From Nostoc punctiforme PCC 73102 (GTDB lineage Bacteria > Cyanobacteriota > Cyanobacteriia > Cyanobacteriales > Nostocaceae): 32,000 nt of DNA. Shown here in pieces: positions 21,075 through 29,940 of the stretch. Where the stretch lies: positions 30,001 through 62,000 of the forward strand of contig NC_010628.1 in NCBI RefSeq assembly GCF_000020025.1, in the 5' to 3' direction. Made by a program: the position numbers and the translations under genes. The stretch's first letter is position 1. Each line of letters starts with the position of its first letter. The notes beneath the pieces were generated by a model, which saw only the letters and a list, made by a program, of their open reading frames with translations, did no database searches and was not told the origin of the DNA.

Positions 21075-22661
21075 CTAGGAATTAACCATCAGTTGCGCTT
21101 CAGGTTTTACCCTAGCTTCCGCTTCCAGAAAGTCAGCCACTTGAGCTTCAATTTCATCCCGAACAATTTGGCGATACTCCAAGAAATGCTCAATTTGGGC
21201 ACAAACGGCTAAGTAACTACTCACTCCACCCGGATTGTGCCGATACATACTCCACAGGTTGCGCCAGAATTGCCAGCGCGTCTGACGACGTACCCCCTGC
21301 CGCCAACAAATAATTAGAAACGCTCTGAGTACTTTCCAGTTCAATGGTTTCTTGGCAGCTTTGCCCTTTTTCGGGTAGGTTGCTTCGCCCAAAAGCCGGA
21401 AGTGTTTGTATGTACGCTCCAAAAACCGCTCTGGCTCATACAAATCACAGAACGCCTGCACATATTCACGAGCGATGTCTTCTAACGGTCGAGTTGGGAC
21501 AAAGTTCATCAACGTGGTTTGGTTGATGTTGGCTGATTTATTGCGGAGTCGTCCTTCTTTTTCTAATCTATGCCAGAGGGCTGTATCTGGAAGCGCTTGC
21601 AGCATACTAAATAAAGCGGTGGGAATTGCTGTTTGCTCGACAAACTTGACAATCCGTGCGCCGGCTCCTACTTTCTCGCCATCAAACCCAATGATAAAGC
21701 CTGCCATAACTCGCAACCCTGAGCGGGTAATCCTATTCACCGCATCACTGAGCGAGTCTCTGGTATTCTGATACTTTTGAGTGAAAGTGAGACTTTCTTC
21801 GTCGGGGGTTTCAATTCCCAGAAAAACGGCTCCAAAATTACACGCTACCATCAAGTCCATCAGTTCTTGATCTTGGGCTAAATCAACTGAAGCCTCTGTC
21901 GCAAAAGAAAAGGGATAGTTATGTTCTACCATCCAGGGCAGAAGAGACTTCAAAAATAATTTGACATTCCGCTTATTACCGATGAAGTTGTCATCCACCA
22001 TAAAAATGCTGCGCCGCCAACCCAGTTTGTAGAGATAATCAAGTTCTGCTAATAGTTGTTCTGGGTTTTTGGTGCGAGGCTTGCGACCATACAGCACAAT
22101 AATGTCGCAGAATTCACACTGGAAGGGACATCCACGGGAAAATTGCACCGACATTTCCGCATAAGCTTCAAACTCTAGCAAGTCAAAGCGAGGGGTGGGA
22201 GTGTTGGTAACATCTGGTTTTTCACCGCCAGAGCGAAAGATACCTGTGCGATCGCCCCGTGCGATCGCTGCTACAAATAAGGGTAGGGTAATTTCCCCTT
22301 CGTCCAATATCAAGTAATCCACTCCGGCGGATGTCATTTCATCTGGTAACGCTGTCGGGAAAGGCCCACCTACAGCTACCCGTTTACCTCTGCGTTTTGC
22401 TTCTAATATCTGACAGAGCAAGTCTTCTTTTTGCACAATCATCGCCGACATAATAACCAAATCTGCCCAAGCCCACTCTGCTTCCGTACAGGCACGAACA
22501 TTTCGATCTACTAGCTTATACTCCCATTCTTGAGGTAATATCGCGGCTACAGTTACCAAACCTAAAGGCGGTAACATGGCTTTACGGTCTAATAAAGCCA
22601 GTGTTTTTTCAAAAGACCAAAAACTTTTTGGAAAAAGGGGGTATAGAAGTAAAACGTTCAT
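21075..22661 (-). CDS. B12-binding-domain radical SAM protein with a DUF4070-like C-terminal region
   Basis: CxxxCxxC cluster motif in FSRGCPFQCEFCDI. The N-terminal region is flavodoxin-like and cobalamin-binding-like (VLLLYP...LGLVTVAAIL...VIMSAM). A long C-terminal helical extension is typical of class B enzymes. Confidence 0.8.
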   Translation of the reverse strand: MNVLLLYPLFPKSFWSFEKTLALLDRKAMLPPLGLVTVAAILPQEWEYKLVDRNVRACTEAEWAWADLVIMSAMIVQKEDLLCQILEAKRRGKRVAVGGPFPTALPDEMTSAGVDYLILDEGEITLPLFVAAIARGDRTGIFRSGGEKPDVTNTPTPRFDLLEFEAYAEMSVQFSRGCPFQCEFCDIIVLYGRKPRTKNPEQLLAELDYLYKLGWRRSIFMVDDNFIGNKRNVKLFLKSLLPWMVEHNYPFSFATEASVDLAQDQELMDLMVACNFGAVFLGIETPDEESLTFTQKYQNTRDSLSDAVNRITRSGLRVMAGFIIGFDGEKVGAGARIVKFVEQTAIPTALFSMLQALPDTALWHRLEKEGRLRNKSANINQTTLMNFVPTRPLEDIAREYVQAFCDLYEPERFLERTYKHFRLLGEATYPKKGKAAKKPLNWKVLRAFLIICWRQGVRRQTRWQFWRNLWSMYRHNPGGVSSYLAVCAQIEHFLEYRQIVRDEIEAQVADFLEAEARVKPEAQLMVNS

Positions 22662-23056
22662 ATTTGATGCTTATAAACCTTGATCTTAGCTGCTGCTTGA
22701 GTTGAAATACAACTTCGCCGCTCTGGTAAAACACTTAGAGAAGCTTTTGTATGCAGTAGCTGGTAAATTCTACTATGACTGATTTAGACTAAACAATATT
22801 TTTTAAGGGCAATTATTACTACTTTTATACTAGGGAGGGCTCCGAAACTGCGGGTTTTGCTGAATTAAGGAATGATTATTGTGGAGTGGGCATCTGCCTT
22901 AACTTCACATCAATGGCAAAATGCCCATCCTACAAAAATAGTAAAATCATCCCGAAAATATGCAACGCTACTTGGCAAACTGGCAACTCTGAGAAAATTA
23001 ACTGTGTTATTTTAAATAACTATACAAGGTGTATTTGCACTTTCAAGCTATTTTTT

Positions 23057-23084
23057 AGACGGGCTGCAACCCGTCTTTATTTAT
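23057..23084 (+). terminator. Rho-independent terminator-like hairpin on the + strand with no annotated + strand gene upstream
   Basis: AGACGGG-ctgcaa-CCCGTCT followed by TTATTTAT. On the minus strand the stem would be followed by A residues, so it is functional only in the + orientation. Confidence 0.45.
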
Positions 23085-23307
23085 CGCCAGCTCCTTTTAC
23101 AGCAGTTTTCATGTATTTGAACTACATCTGTCGTAGGAGCAATTTATGAATTGTCCCTACGACGAAAGTCCTAAATTTAATGATTTACTCAACAAGTTTT
23201 AGGGTGTAATATAACGTTTCCTAAGCAACATCTCAATCAAGAGAAAGAGGTTTAAATCTGTTCTTCTCCCCTGCTCCGTGCCCCCTGCTCCCTATCCCCT
23301 GCCTCCT

Positions 23308-24471
23308 TCAACTTCTCAGTTGCACAGGCATAGCTAAATAGGTCATTTTCAAACCACCCAATGGTGTAAAAATAACTGGAGTCAGGCTTTGATTTAGATG
23401 CATTTGAATTTCGGAAGATGGTAACTCTTTCAAGCCTTCCATCAAATATTTAATGTTAAAAGCAATTTCAATGTTTTCTCCAGATATCTGCGCCGGCATT
23501 GACTCTCTACCACTACCCACATCTTGAGCTTCACAAGATAAGGTAATTTCTTGAGCTTTGCTATCAATACTAAGTTTGACAATATTATTTTTTTGATCGG
23601 CTAGGACAGCAATCCGTTCCAAAGTGCTGACAAATTGTCGCCGTTCAATAGTCACTTGTCGTTCAAATTGACGCGGAATCAATTGTCGATAAGCAGGATA
23701 TTGCCCTTCTAATGTGCGACTAGTCAAGCGTTGATTTTGCCATGCAAACACAACTTGACCTTGATCGAAATATAAAGCTACAGGTTCATCTGATGAGGCG
23801 CTATGAGCTAGCATCCGTTGAAGTTCGCGTAATGCTCTTGCTGGTACTGTCACCTCTAGTTGACTAGTTCCGCCTAAAGGACGCTCGTTGCTAGTTTCTA
23901 CCACTGCTAGGCGATGTCCGTCGGTAGCTGCAAATTCTAGAGTATCTTGTTTAACTGTTAAATGCACTCCCGTGAGTACTTGTTTAGTTTCATCACCACT
24001 GGTAGCAAATAATGAACCCCGTAATCCCTCAACTAATGCGGCGGTGGTGAGATAAATTACTTCCGTATTTTCAATTACAGGTAGTTCAGGAAATTCTTCC
24101 GGCCCCATTGCTCGGACTTGATAATGTCCACTTTTGGGTGTGAGTGTAACTATTAAACCTTCTCCACTGGATGTTGCACCTGTGAGGGCTGATTCATCGT
24201 CTAAAGTGATTTCGCCTTCTGGAAGACGGGAGGTGATATCTACAAGTAACTTAGCAGGAAGTGCGATCGCACCTCCTTGCCATACCTCTGCATTAAAGCT
24301 GGTGCGGATTCCTAAGCTGAGATCGAAGGCTGTTAAGCTTACTTGGTTAGTTTCAGCATCCGCTTGCAACAGCACATTGGCAAGTACTGGATGAGTCGGT
24401 CGTGAAGGTACTGCACGACTAACGAGTGAGAGATTTGTACTGAGATCGCTTTGGGAGCAAACTAATTTCAT
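23308..24471 (-). CDS. dnaN: DNA polymerase III beta subunit (sliding clamp)
   Basis: N-terminus MKLVCSQSDLSTNLSLVSRAVPSRPTHPVLANVLL, a three-domain length of 387 aa, and C-terminal PVIFTP...YLAMPVQLR, typical of DnaN. Confidence 0.9.
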   Translation of the reverse strand: MKLVCSQSDLSTNLSLVSRAVPSRPTHPVLANVLLQADAETNQVSLTAFDLSLGIRTSFNAEVWQGGAIALPAKLLVDITSRLPEGEITLDDESALTGATSSGEGLIVTLTPKSGHYQVRAMGPEEFPELPVIENTEVIYLTTAALVEGLRGSLFATSGDETKQVLTGVHLTVKQDTLEFAATDGHRLAVVETSNERPLGGTSQLEVTVPARALRELQRMLAHSASSDEPVALYFDQGQVVFAWQNQRLTSRTLEGQYPAYRQLIPRQFERQVTIERRQFVSTLERIAVLADQKNNIVKLSIDSKAQEITLSCEAQDVGSGRESMPAQISGENIEIAFNIKYLMEGLKELPSSEIQMHLNQSLTPVIFTPLGGLKMTYLAMPVQLRS

Positions 24472-24560
24472 AAGTGAGATTCAGCTGGTGAAGGATATGG
24501 TAACATCCTTATTGTTTATAGGCGATCGCTGATGAAGTTATTTAAGGGTAAAAAACTCGT

Positions 24561-24833
24561 TTAAACGGTTTGGTGGCTCTGCTTTATCCGCGATGCAATA
24601 ATCGCTCTCCGAACGTCTCGGTCTGATAAATTCCCAACCGAGAGCAAATGCTGGGGCATTCCTCCCATACGCTCTAGAATGCTTTGCTCAGATGGTTGGC
24701 TTTTTTCACTATCAGATGTGAAATTTTTCTGATCCTGTCTACCTTTTATGAATAGCAAGAAGTCTAACACTTCTTCCACTAAAGAATCTGAAACCTGCCC
24801 AATTTCCTGAATAAGTTGCTCTCTGGCTGTCAT
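24561..24833 (-). CDS. Small DUF2281-like protein (antitoxin-like N-terminal helix); no toxin partner adjacent
   Basis: REQLIQEIGQVSDSLVEEVLDFLLFIKGR resembles the DUF2281 N-terminal motif common in cyanobacterial antitoxin-like proteins. 90 aa; stop is 89 nt upstream of the dnaN start, on the same strand. Confidence 0.45.
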   Translation of the reverse strand: MTAREQLIQEIGQVSDSLVEEVLDFLLFIKGRQDQKNFTSDSEKSQPSEQSILERMGGMPQHLLSVGNLSDRDVRRAIIASRIKQSHQTV

Positions 24834-24919
24834 AAACTATCTGCTTCAATACCAACAGGACTTCATTTATTAGGTTAATAGGGTTTAAGAAAGATTTTAT
24901 CGTCAGACAAGAGACAAAA

Positions 24920-24948
24920 GCGATGTCTACGACGGGCTACGCTTACGC
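24920..24948. repeat. 29-nt dispersed repeat (copy 2, inverted relative to 18133-18161)
   Basis: GCGATGTCTACGACGGGCTACGCTTACGC is the reverse complement of copy 1, with 1 mismatch. Confidence 0.85.
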
Positions 24949-24974
24949 TCCTAAGCTTCAGACTATAAAAATTT

Positions 24975-25204
24975 AAACGTTTGCAACTAATGTTGCTTGA
25001 TTTATAAGAAACGCTTAAGTCTTTCTTGCAAATGTATAAGCCGTTGCAGCAAATGCTTAATACTTTGCAACAAATACTCTTCCATGTATAAGAAACGCTT
25101 AAGTTTTTCTTACAAATGTATAAGCCGTTGCAGCAAACGTTTAATACTTTGCAGCAAATACTCTTCCATGTATAAGAAACGCTTAAACCATTGCAGCAAT
25201 TGTT
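24975..25204. repeat. 84-bp tandem repeat: two full units (25001-25084 and 25085-25168) plus partial flanking units
   Basis: TATAAGAAACGCTTAAG recurs at 25003, 25087 and 25171. The full units differ at 6 of 84 positions. Internal sub-motifs are TGTATAAG (2 per unit) and TTGCA(A/G)CAAA (3 per unit). Confidence 0.9.
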
Positions 25205-25368
25205 GTAATGAACTTATGAATCTATTTACTACCTAAAACTAAACTTAGTCTAAGTGAAATTAACTAAAGCTTTTGAAATGCGATCAAACTTATTTGTAGT
25301 ATTTTCCCATGACAACCAAATATATATTTGTATAAAACAGTACTATCAACCTGTAGCAGAGATGCATT

Positions 25369-25794
25369 ATGGCACGTCGTAAAAGAAATTCCAGCATTTT
25401 AGAACGAGCCGATCGCCGGATTGAAAGTTTACAATCTATTAGTGTAAAACTTGACTTTGGGGAAGGAGTGAATATACAAGCTTACACCATGACAATTAAC
25501 GATCTACGATCTAAGCTTGCTGCCTACAATACTGCGTTATCTACCATTGACAAACTCACAGATGACGTGAATAACGCAGAACAGGTTGTAATCGCAATGT
25601 CAGAAAAAATGTTACTAGGAGTTGGCAGCCGTTACGGTAAAACCAGCCAAGAATATGAGATGGCAGGTGGTGTGCGACGAGGTAATACCAAGAAGAAGCG
25701 AAGCGTAGTAGACAATTCCCAAGTCACCAATTCTGTTCAGCTTTCTTCTGTAAATGGATCTATGAATGGGGCATCAGCTGCGATCGTCAGTTAG
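25369..25794 (+). CDS. Hypothetical protein (basic N-terminus, helical centre, Ser/Asn-rich tail)
   Basis: 141-aa ORF with normal composition, MARRKRNSSILERADRRIESL.... An imperfect hairpin follows the stop (about 25818-25849). No family recognised. Confidence 0.5.
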   Translation: MARRKRNSSILERADRRIESLQSISVKLDFGEGVNIQAYTMTINDLRSKLAAYNTALSTIDKLTDDVNNAEQVVIAMSEKMLLGVGSRYGKTSQEYEMAGGVRRGNTKKKRSVVDNSQVTNSVQLSSVNGSMNGASAAIVS

Positions 25795-25937
25795 CTAAAA
25801 TCCAATAGGGTTTATATAGCGGTTCTCGTACCCTACGGGAAGCCGCTACGCATCTTAATAGATGCAATAGACTTTAACCTCTCTCTTTTTAGGCATCCCA
25901 CTTATCATATTAGGTAAGTTTAGGTAAGTTAACTACC

Positions 25938-26060
25938 TGTGGAAAACTTGTGGAAAAACATGGGTAATTTTCCACAAAGTAATTATACTTAATTAAGTTT
26001 TATCAGGAAAATATCAAGTTTTCCACAGATTTTTCCACAAAAAGTAAGATTTTTTCCATA
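25938..26060. promoter_or_regulatory. DnaA-box cluster: candidate chromosomal replication origin (oriC)
   Basis: Perfect TGTGGAAAA at 25938-25946 and 25949-25957. Perfect TTTTCCACA at 25968-25976, 26019-26027 and 26031-26039. One degenerate TTTTCCATA at 26052-26060. A very AT-rich stretch (about 26061-26130) follows. Confidence 0.7.
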
Positions 26061-26242
26061 ATCTAAGTTAAATTTAATCAATTTTTATACGTTACTTAAT
26101 ATTTTCAATTAATTATTCAACCATTAAGACTAGCGATCGCACTGCTGGTTGTAGAAAACTTAAAATATATCTTCAGGATAAAATTAAAGACTAGCAAAGC
26201 TAAACTTCGGTAAAGGTTACAAAATAAATCAAATCAGATTCA

Positions 26243-26962
26243 ATGACCGCTACTCATCATTTATGGCTACCTGCATCGACAGATTTAACTTTGTTATCAG
26301 ATGAGATTCATGTCTGGCGTATAGAACTTGACCAACCAGAACTACAACTGCAAAATTTAGCAGCAACTCTTTCCAGTGACGAAATGGCTCGTGCTGAACG
26401 GTTCTATTTTCAGGAACATCGACAGCGTTTCATTGCTGGTCGTGGTATTCTCCGAACTATATTAGGTCGCTATTTAGGTATCCAGCCTTTACAAGTGCAG
26501 TTTAATTATCAACAGCGTGGCAAACCAGTATTAGCAGATACATTTGCCGATAGTGGGCTGGAATTTAACTTGTCTCATTCCCAAGGGATGGGTTTGTGTG
26601 CGGTAAATTGTACCCACCCAATTGGTGTAGACCTAGAATATATTCGCTCAATGTCTGATATTGAAGCTCTTGCCAAACGGTTCTTTTTACCGAGAGAATA
26701 TGAGATGTTGCGATCGCTATCTCCCAACCAACAGCAAGAAGTATTTTTTCGTTACTGGACTTGTAAGGAAGCTTATTTAAAAGCAACTGGAGACGGACTA
26801 TCCCAGTTAGAGCAAGTTGAAGTGTTGCTAACTCCCACTGAACCAGCCAAGTTACAGATATTAGAAGACTGGAGTCTTTTTGAACTAGTACCTACTAACA
26901 ATTATGTTGCTGCCGTTGCCATAGCAAATTATGGCTGGAACTTAAAATGCTGGCAATATTAA
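26243..26962 (+). CDS. hetI: Sfp-type 4'-phosphopantetheinyl transferase (HetI-like)
   Basis: PPTase motifs FNLSHS, IGVDLE and WTCKEAYLKATG. 239 aa. Arranged tail-to-tail (convergently) with the hgl polyketide genes (SDR, hglB, PfaD-type ER), as in the Anabaena PCC 7120 hgl island. Confidence 0.8.
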   Translation: MTATHHLWLPASTDLTLLSDEIHVWRIELDQPELQLQNLAATLSSDEMARAERFYFQEHRQRFIAGRGILRTILGRYLGIQPLQVQFNYQQRGKPVLADTFADSGLEFNLSHSQGMGLCAVNCTHPIGVDLEYIRSMSDIEALAKRFFLPREYEMLRSLSPNQQQEVFFRYWTCKEAYLKATGDGLSQLEQVEVLLTPTEPAKLQILEDWSLFELVPTNNYVAAVAIANYGWNLKCWQY

Positions 26963-27006
26963 TCTTGATTAAGCTCATCTCTTGGCTGAAATAAGAGAGA
27001 TATTGC

Positions 27007-27048
27007 GGACAAATGACCAATGACTAATGACAAATGACCAATGACAAC
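27007..27048. repeat. STRR2-type heptamer array (TGACCAA/TGACAAA, 6 units) between the convergent hetI and SDR genes
   Basis: ggacaaa tgaccaa tgactaa tgacaaa tgaccaa tgacaac. Confidence 0.9.
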
Positions 27049-27052
27049 CAGC

Positions 27053-27856
27053 CTACTTATCCTCCTGCATATTTCTCACAATTTTTGTCACCAGGTTTCT
27101 TGGTACAAATCTGACGCATTTTGCAAGTAGTTTATTCATAAAACCAGGAATGACAATGGTTTGGCCCTTCATTAAGCCGCGAAAACCAATTTCGGCTACA
27201 GTTTGTGCATCCATCATCCTTTTACCCTTGAGCAACTTCGAGTCAGCCATCCCAGTTCTTTCATGAAAGCCCGATTCTGTTGACCCTGGGCAAAGAACTG
27301 TCACAGTGACACCTGTACCTTCTAATTCATTAGCGATCGCTTCCGAAAAAGATAAGATATAAGCTTTAGTAGCAAAATAAACCGCCATCAAAGGTCCTGG
27401 TTGAAAAGCAGCAGCCGAAGAAACATTCAATATTTTTCCTTCACCTTGCTTTACCATGTGCTTCACAAATAGCTTGGTTAAATGGGTGAGGCACACCAAA
27501 TTTACCTGTAGCATTTCCAATTCAGTAGCTAGGTCTGTTTTGTGAAATAATCCATAGATACCAAATCCAGCATTATTTACCAGCACATCAACATTAATAT
27601 TGGCGAGTTGCAACTCCGTGAAAATTTCTTCAGGAGCAGTTGATATAGATAAATCCTTAACAATAGTTTTGACAAGATTTCCGAATTTTTTTTGGAATTT
27701 AGCTGCAATTTCTACTAACTTTAGCCCGTTTCTGTCTACTAAGACTAGATTGTAATCATGAGTGGCAAAAATACAGGCTAATTCGTAGCCAATTCCACCG
27801 GCTGCCCCAGTAATAAGAGCAGTTTTTTTGCTCTGACCTTGATGTGTTTTGTTCAT
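27053..27856 (-). CDS. Short-chain dehydrogenase/reductase (ketoreductase-type) in the hetN position of the hgl island; lacks RGSGR
   Basis: TGAAGGIG Rossmann motif, NNAG, and the catalytic S...YFATK (YxxxK). There is no RGSGR anywhere in the 267 aa. The loop before ILNVSS reads KQGEGK. Confidence 0.8.
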   Translation of the reverse strand: MNKTHQGQSKKTALITGAAGGIGYELACIFATHDYNLVLVDRNGLKLVEIAAKFQKKFGNLVKTIVKDLSISTAPEEIFTELQLANINVDVLVNNAGFGIYGLFHKTDLATELEMLQVNLVCLTHLTKLFVKHMVKQGEGKILNVSSAAAFQPGPLMAVYFATKAYILSFSEAIANELEGTGVTVTVLCPGSTESGFHERTGMADSKLLKGKRMMDAQTVAEIGFRGLMKGQTIVIPGFMNKLLAKCVRFVPRNLVTKIVRNMQEDK

Positions 27857-28335
27857 GTAAAAATATTGGTGAATTCAACTTGATGAAGCTGCCTTGCATA
27901 CAGTGGTTATCGTTCTACAATTAAGTACACGTAATATTTGAACCGACAATAACTGTCTTGAGTTATTATCCTTTCAAATGCTTGTGTGATGCCTTGGATA
28001 GATGTAACAGTCCAAACGTAAATTTAGGACTTATGCATCAAAGAAGTGGGGCATTAAAGAAGTTTGATTATTTCAAGCTACTAGCACTGGCTTTTGATTA
28101 CTCAGAAAAGTCAGCAGGCAAAATCAAACTTTTATGCCCGACACTAACCATTCTATCCTCAATTGCTTCTGTCAAGAGGTGAATCCTAAAAAATTACATT
28201 ATTGAGCATAAAAAAACAGGGCAATTATATTGCCACTGTTGGTATATAAGTTGTTGCTGGCATCTGAAATATTAACTATTCAGCAGTACTGAGTTTTAAA
28301 AAACATCGACTAAATAAACTTGTTTTGTTGTAGTT

Positions 28336-28408
28336 GTAGGGTGTGTTATGGCTTCCGTAACGCACCGAAGTATTCGGGATAGTGCGTTACGTTCCTAACA
28401 CATCCTAC
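28336..28408. repeat. Extended hairpin / dispersed repeat 16 nt downstream of the hglB stop
   Basis: Outer arms are GTAGGGTGTGTTA / TAACACATCCTAC (1 mismatch). Inner arms CGTAACGCAC / GTGCGTTACG are a perfect 10 bp. Confidence 0.75.
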
Positions 28409-28423
28409 GCAAGTCGTGAACTC

Positions 28424-29938
28424 CTAAGCGAGATTCAAGAAACCACTTTGAATCAAGTAGGCAGTATAAGTCATAAACAATTGAGAGTCAATTGGGGGAC
28501 AAGCAATAGAACTACCTGCCAATGCGTGAAGAGTATCTTGGCAGCTAATATGGGGTCTTCTAGCTTGTAAATACAAATCAGGAATAGTCAGTTGTTCATC
28601 AGACCAACGTTCCAGCAAAAAGGGTCGCAGAGTATATAAAGGATTGTCAGCAGAAGTGACATTATTGATTAACTCTGATTGCCATTTTTCGTAAGGAATC
28701 ATCTCAACGGAATAACCAAAAGACCGTATCCACTCGACTAGCATTTTCAAAGCAGCGGGTTGGGGATGTTGTAAATTGAAAGCCTTACCTAAAGATTCTT
28801 TTTGCCGTGATAGATAAACAATTGCTTTACTTACATAGTCTACAGGTGACATATCCAACATATAATCTACATCAGGGAAATATCCCATTTGTAGACAGCC
28901 CTTGGTCATCAAATTGATAAAGTCGTGTGTGTTGCAAATACCTGTTTTGCTATCACCTGAAATCAGTGGTGGTCTGTGGATAGTTACAGGAAGTCCTCGG
29001 TCGCGAGCAATTTTGACTAACTTTTCAGCTACCCATTTTGTTTGTGAGTAACCAAGATAAATACCTTCCCAATGATTGAATTCATCCTGTTCTTTGACAA
29101 CCTTGCCAGCATAAGCAGTGGATTCAAAAACAGCCACACTAGAAACGTAATGTACAGACTTAACTTTGATTTGACAAGCTAATCTCAAAACTTCTTGAGT
29201 GCCTAAAACATTGGCTGCTTTCAGTGCAGAGTATGGAAAAACATAATTCAACAAAGCAGCACTATGATATATAGTATCAATATTGCCAGCTAAGATTTGA
29301 AACTGTTCCGAACCAATACCTAACAAAGGCTGAGATAAATCGCCGACAATCGGAATAATTCTGGAGGTAAATTCTTCCTGCCAAATTGCATACTGTTCCA
29401 GATTCTTTTGGAGTTTGCTTTTGCCTTCTTGGGCATTAGCAGCACGCACTAAGCAATAGATATCCGCATTAGTTTCTTGTAGCAATTCCCGGATGATAAA
29501 AGCTCCTAAGAAGCCTGTTCCTCCAGTTAAAAAGATGTTCTTAGGTTCACCCACAAGCACATTAGATGCAGCACCGGGATGGATGGTAGGGTCAAGAACA
29601 GCCTCTGCACCTAAATCTAGAACAGAGGGTGCAGCATTGGCATTAGAGGCTACTACCTTTGTATCTTGAATCGGTGAACCATCTTGCACTTCTTCAGCTA
29701 AACGCTGTGAAAGAGCCTCAATATTTGGGTAATGCCACAGCAGCAATGGAGAGGGTTGAAATCCGAGCAACTTTTCTAAGTTACTGACTAGAATCATTGC
29801 TTGGGCTGAATCCAAACCGTAGTTTTCTAAATGTTCTTTGACATCTATTTCATCAGTTGCTACGTCTAGCAATTTAGCTAAGTTAGATACCAAAAATATT
29901 TGAATATCGTCTGCTGTGAAAGACTGTTTTATAGTCAT
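28424..29938 (-). CDS. hglB: ACP plus thioester-reductase didomain protein (HglB/HetM-like heterocyst glycolipid synthase component)
   Basis: N-terminal PP-binding motif GLDSAQAM, reductase Rossmann motif [13 protein letters not shown], and YSQTKW (YxxxK). The 504-aa length and its position between a PfaD-type ER and an SDR/hetI match the hetM (hglB) context. Confidence 0.75.
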   Translation of the reverse strand: MTIKQSFTADDIQIFLVSNLAKLLDVATDEIDVKEHLENYGLDSAQAMILVSNLEKLLGFQPSPLLLWHYPNIEALSQRLAEEVQDGSPIQDTKVVASNANAAPSVLDLGAEAVLDPTIHPGAASNVLVGEPKNIFLTGGTGFLGAFIIRELLQETNADIYCLVRAANAQEGKSKLQKNLEQYAIWQEEFTSRIIPIVGDLSQPLLGIGSEQFQILAGNIDTIYHSAALLNYVFPYSALKAANVLGTQEVLRLACQIKVKSVHYVSSVAVFESTAYAGKVVKEQDEFNHWEGIYLGYSQTKWVAEKLVKIARDRGLPVTIHRPPLISGDSKTGICNTHDFINLMTKGCLQMGYFPDVDYMLDMSPVDYVSKAIVYLSRQKESLGKAFNLQHPQPAALKMLVEWIRSFGYSVEMIPYEKWQSELINNVTSADNPLYTLRPFLLERWSDEQLTIPDLYLQARRPHISCQDTLHALAGSSIACPPIDSQLFMTYTAYLIQSGFLNLA

Positions 29939-29940
29939 TT

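Noticed and set aside
21075-22661. Calling the B12/radical-SAM protein the hopanoid 2-methylase HpnP
   Set aside because: The domain architecture is shared by many class B enzymes. No hopanoid genes (shc, hpn) are nearby, and I cannot verify diagnostic residues without an alignment.
22886-23149. 87-aa Cys-containing ORF divergent from the radical-SAM gene (possible RiPP precursor)
   Set aside because: It starts at a non-ATG codon, reads straight through a terminator hairpin and dispersed hairpin repeats, and shows no leader/core organisation. It is most likely a chance ORF in AT-rich intergenic DNA.
24975-25204. CRISPR array
   Set aside because: The 84-bp units are contiguous tandem copies without unique spacers, and the heptamer arrays are far too short. 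No cas genes are present in the window.
24997-25236. 79-aa Cys/Lys-rich repeat ORF (TTG start) running through the 84-bp tandem array
   Set aside because: The open frame follows automatically from an 84-nt (3n) period. All six nucleotide differences between the two units are nonsynonymous, there is no ATG start or visible RBS, and the composition is typical of intergenic DNA. It is treated as a DNA repeat, not a gene.
25330-25343. Perfect NtcA-type palindrome GTA-N8-TAC upstream of the 141-aa ORF
   Set aside because: The site ends only 25 nt before the ATG. A class II promoter geometry would therefore put the transcription start at or inside the start codon. GTA-N8-TAC is expected about 8 times by chance in 32 kb.
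27053-27856. Calling the SDR hetN
   Set aside because: Only the genomic position supports the call. The protein lacks RGSGR and its Rossmann motif differs from my recollection of Anabaena HetN, so the symbol was withheld.
27958-28182. 74-aa ORF in the 567-bp gap between hglB and the SDR; also scanned for a PatS/PatX-like RGSGR micro-ORF
   Set aside because: It starts at a non-ATG codon and has no motif. I found no RGSGR-encoding stretch on either strand by eye, although an exhaustive six-frame motif scan would be needed to be sure.
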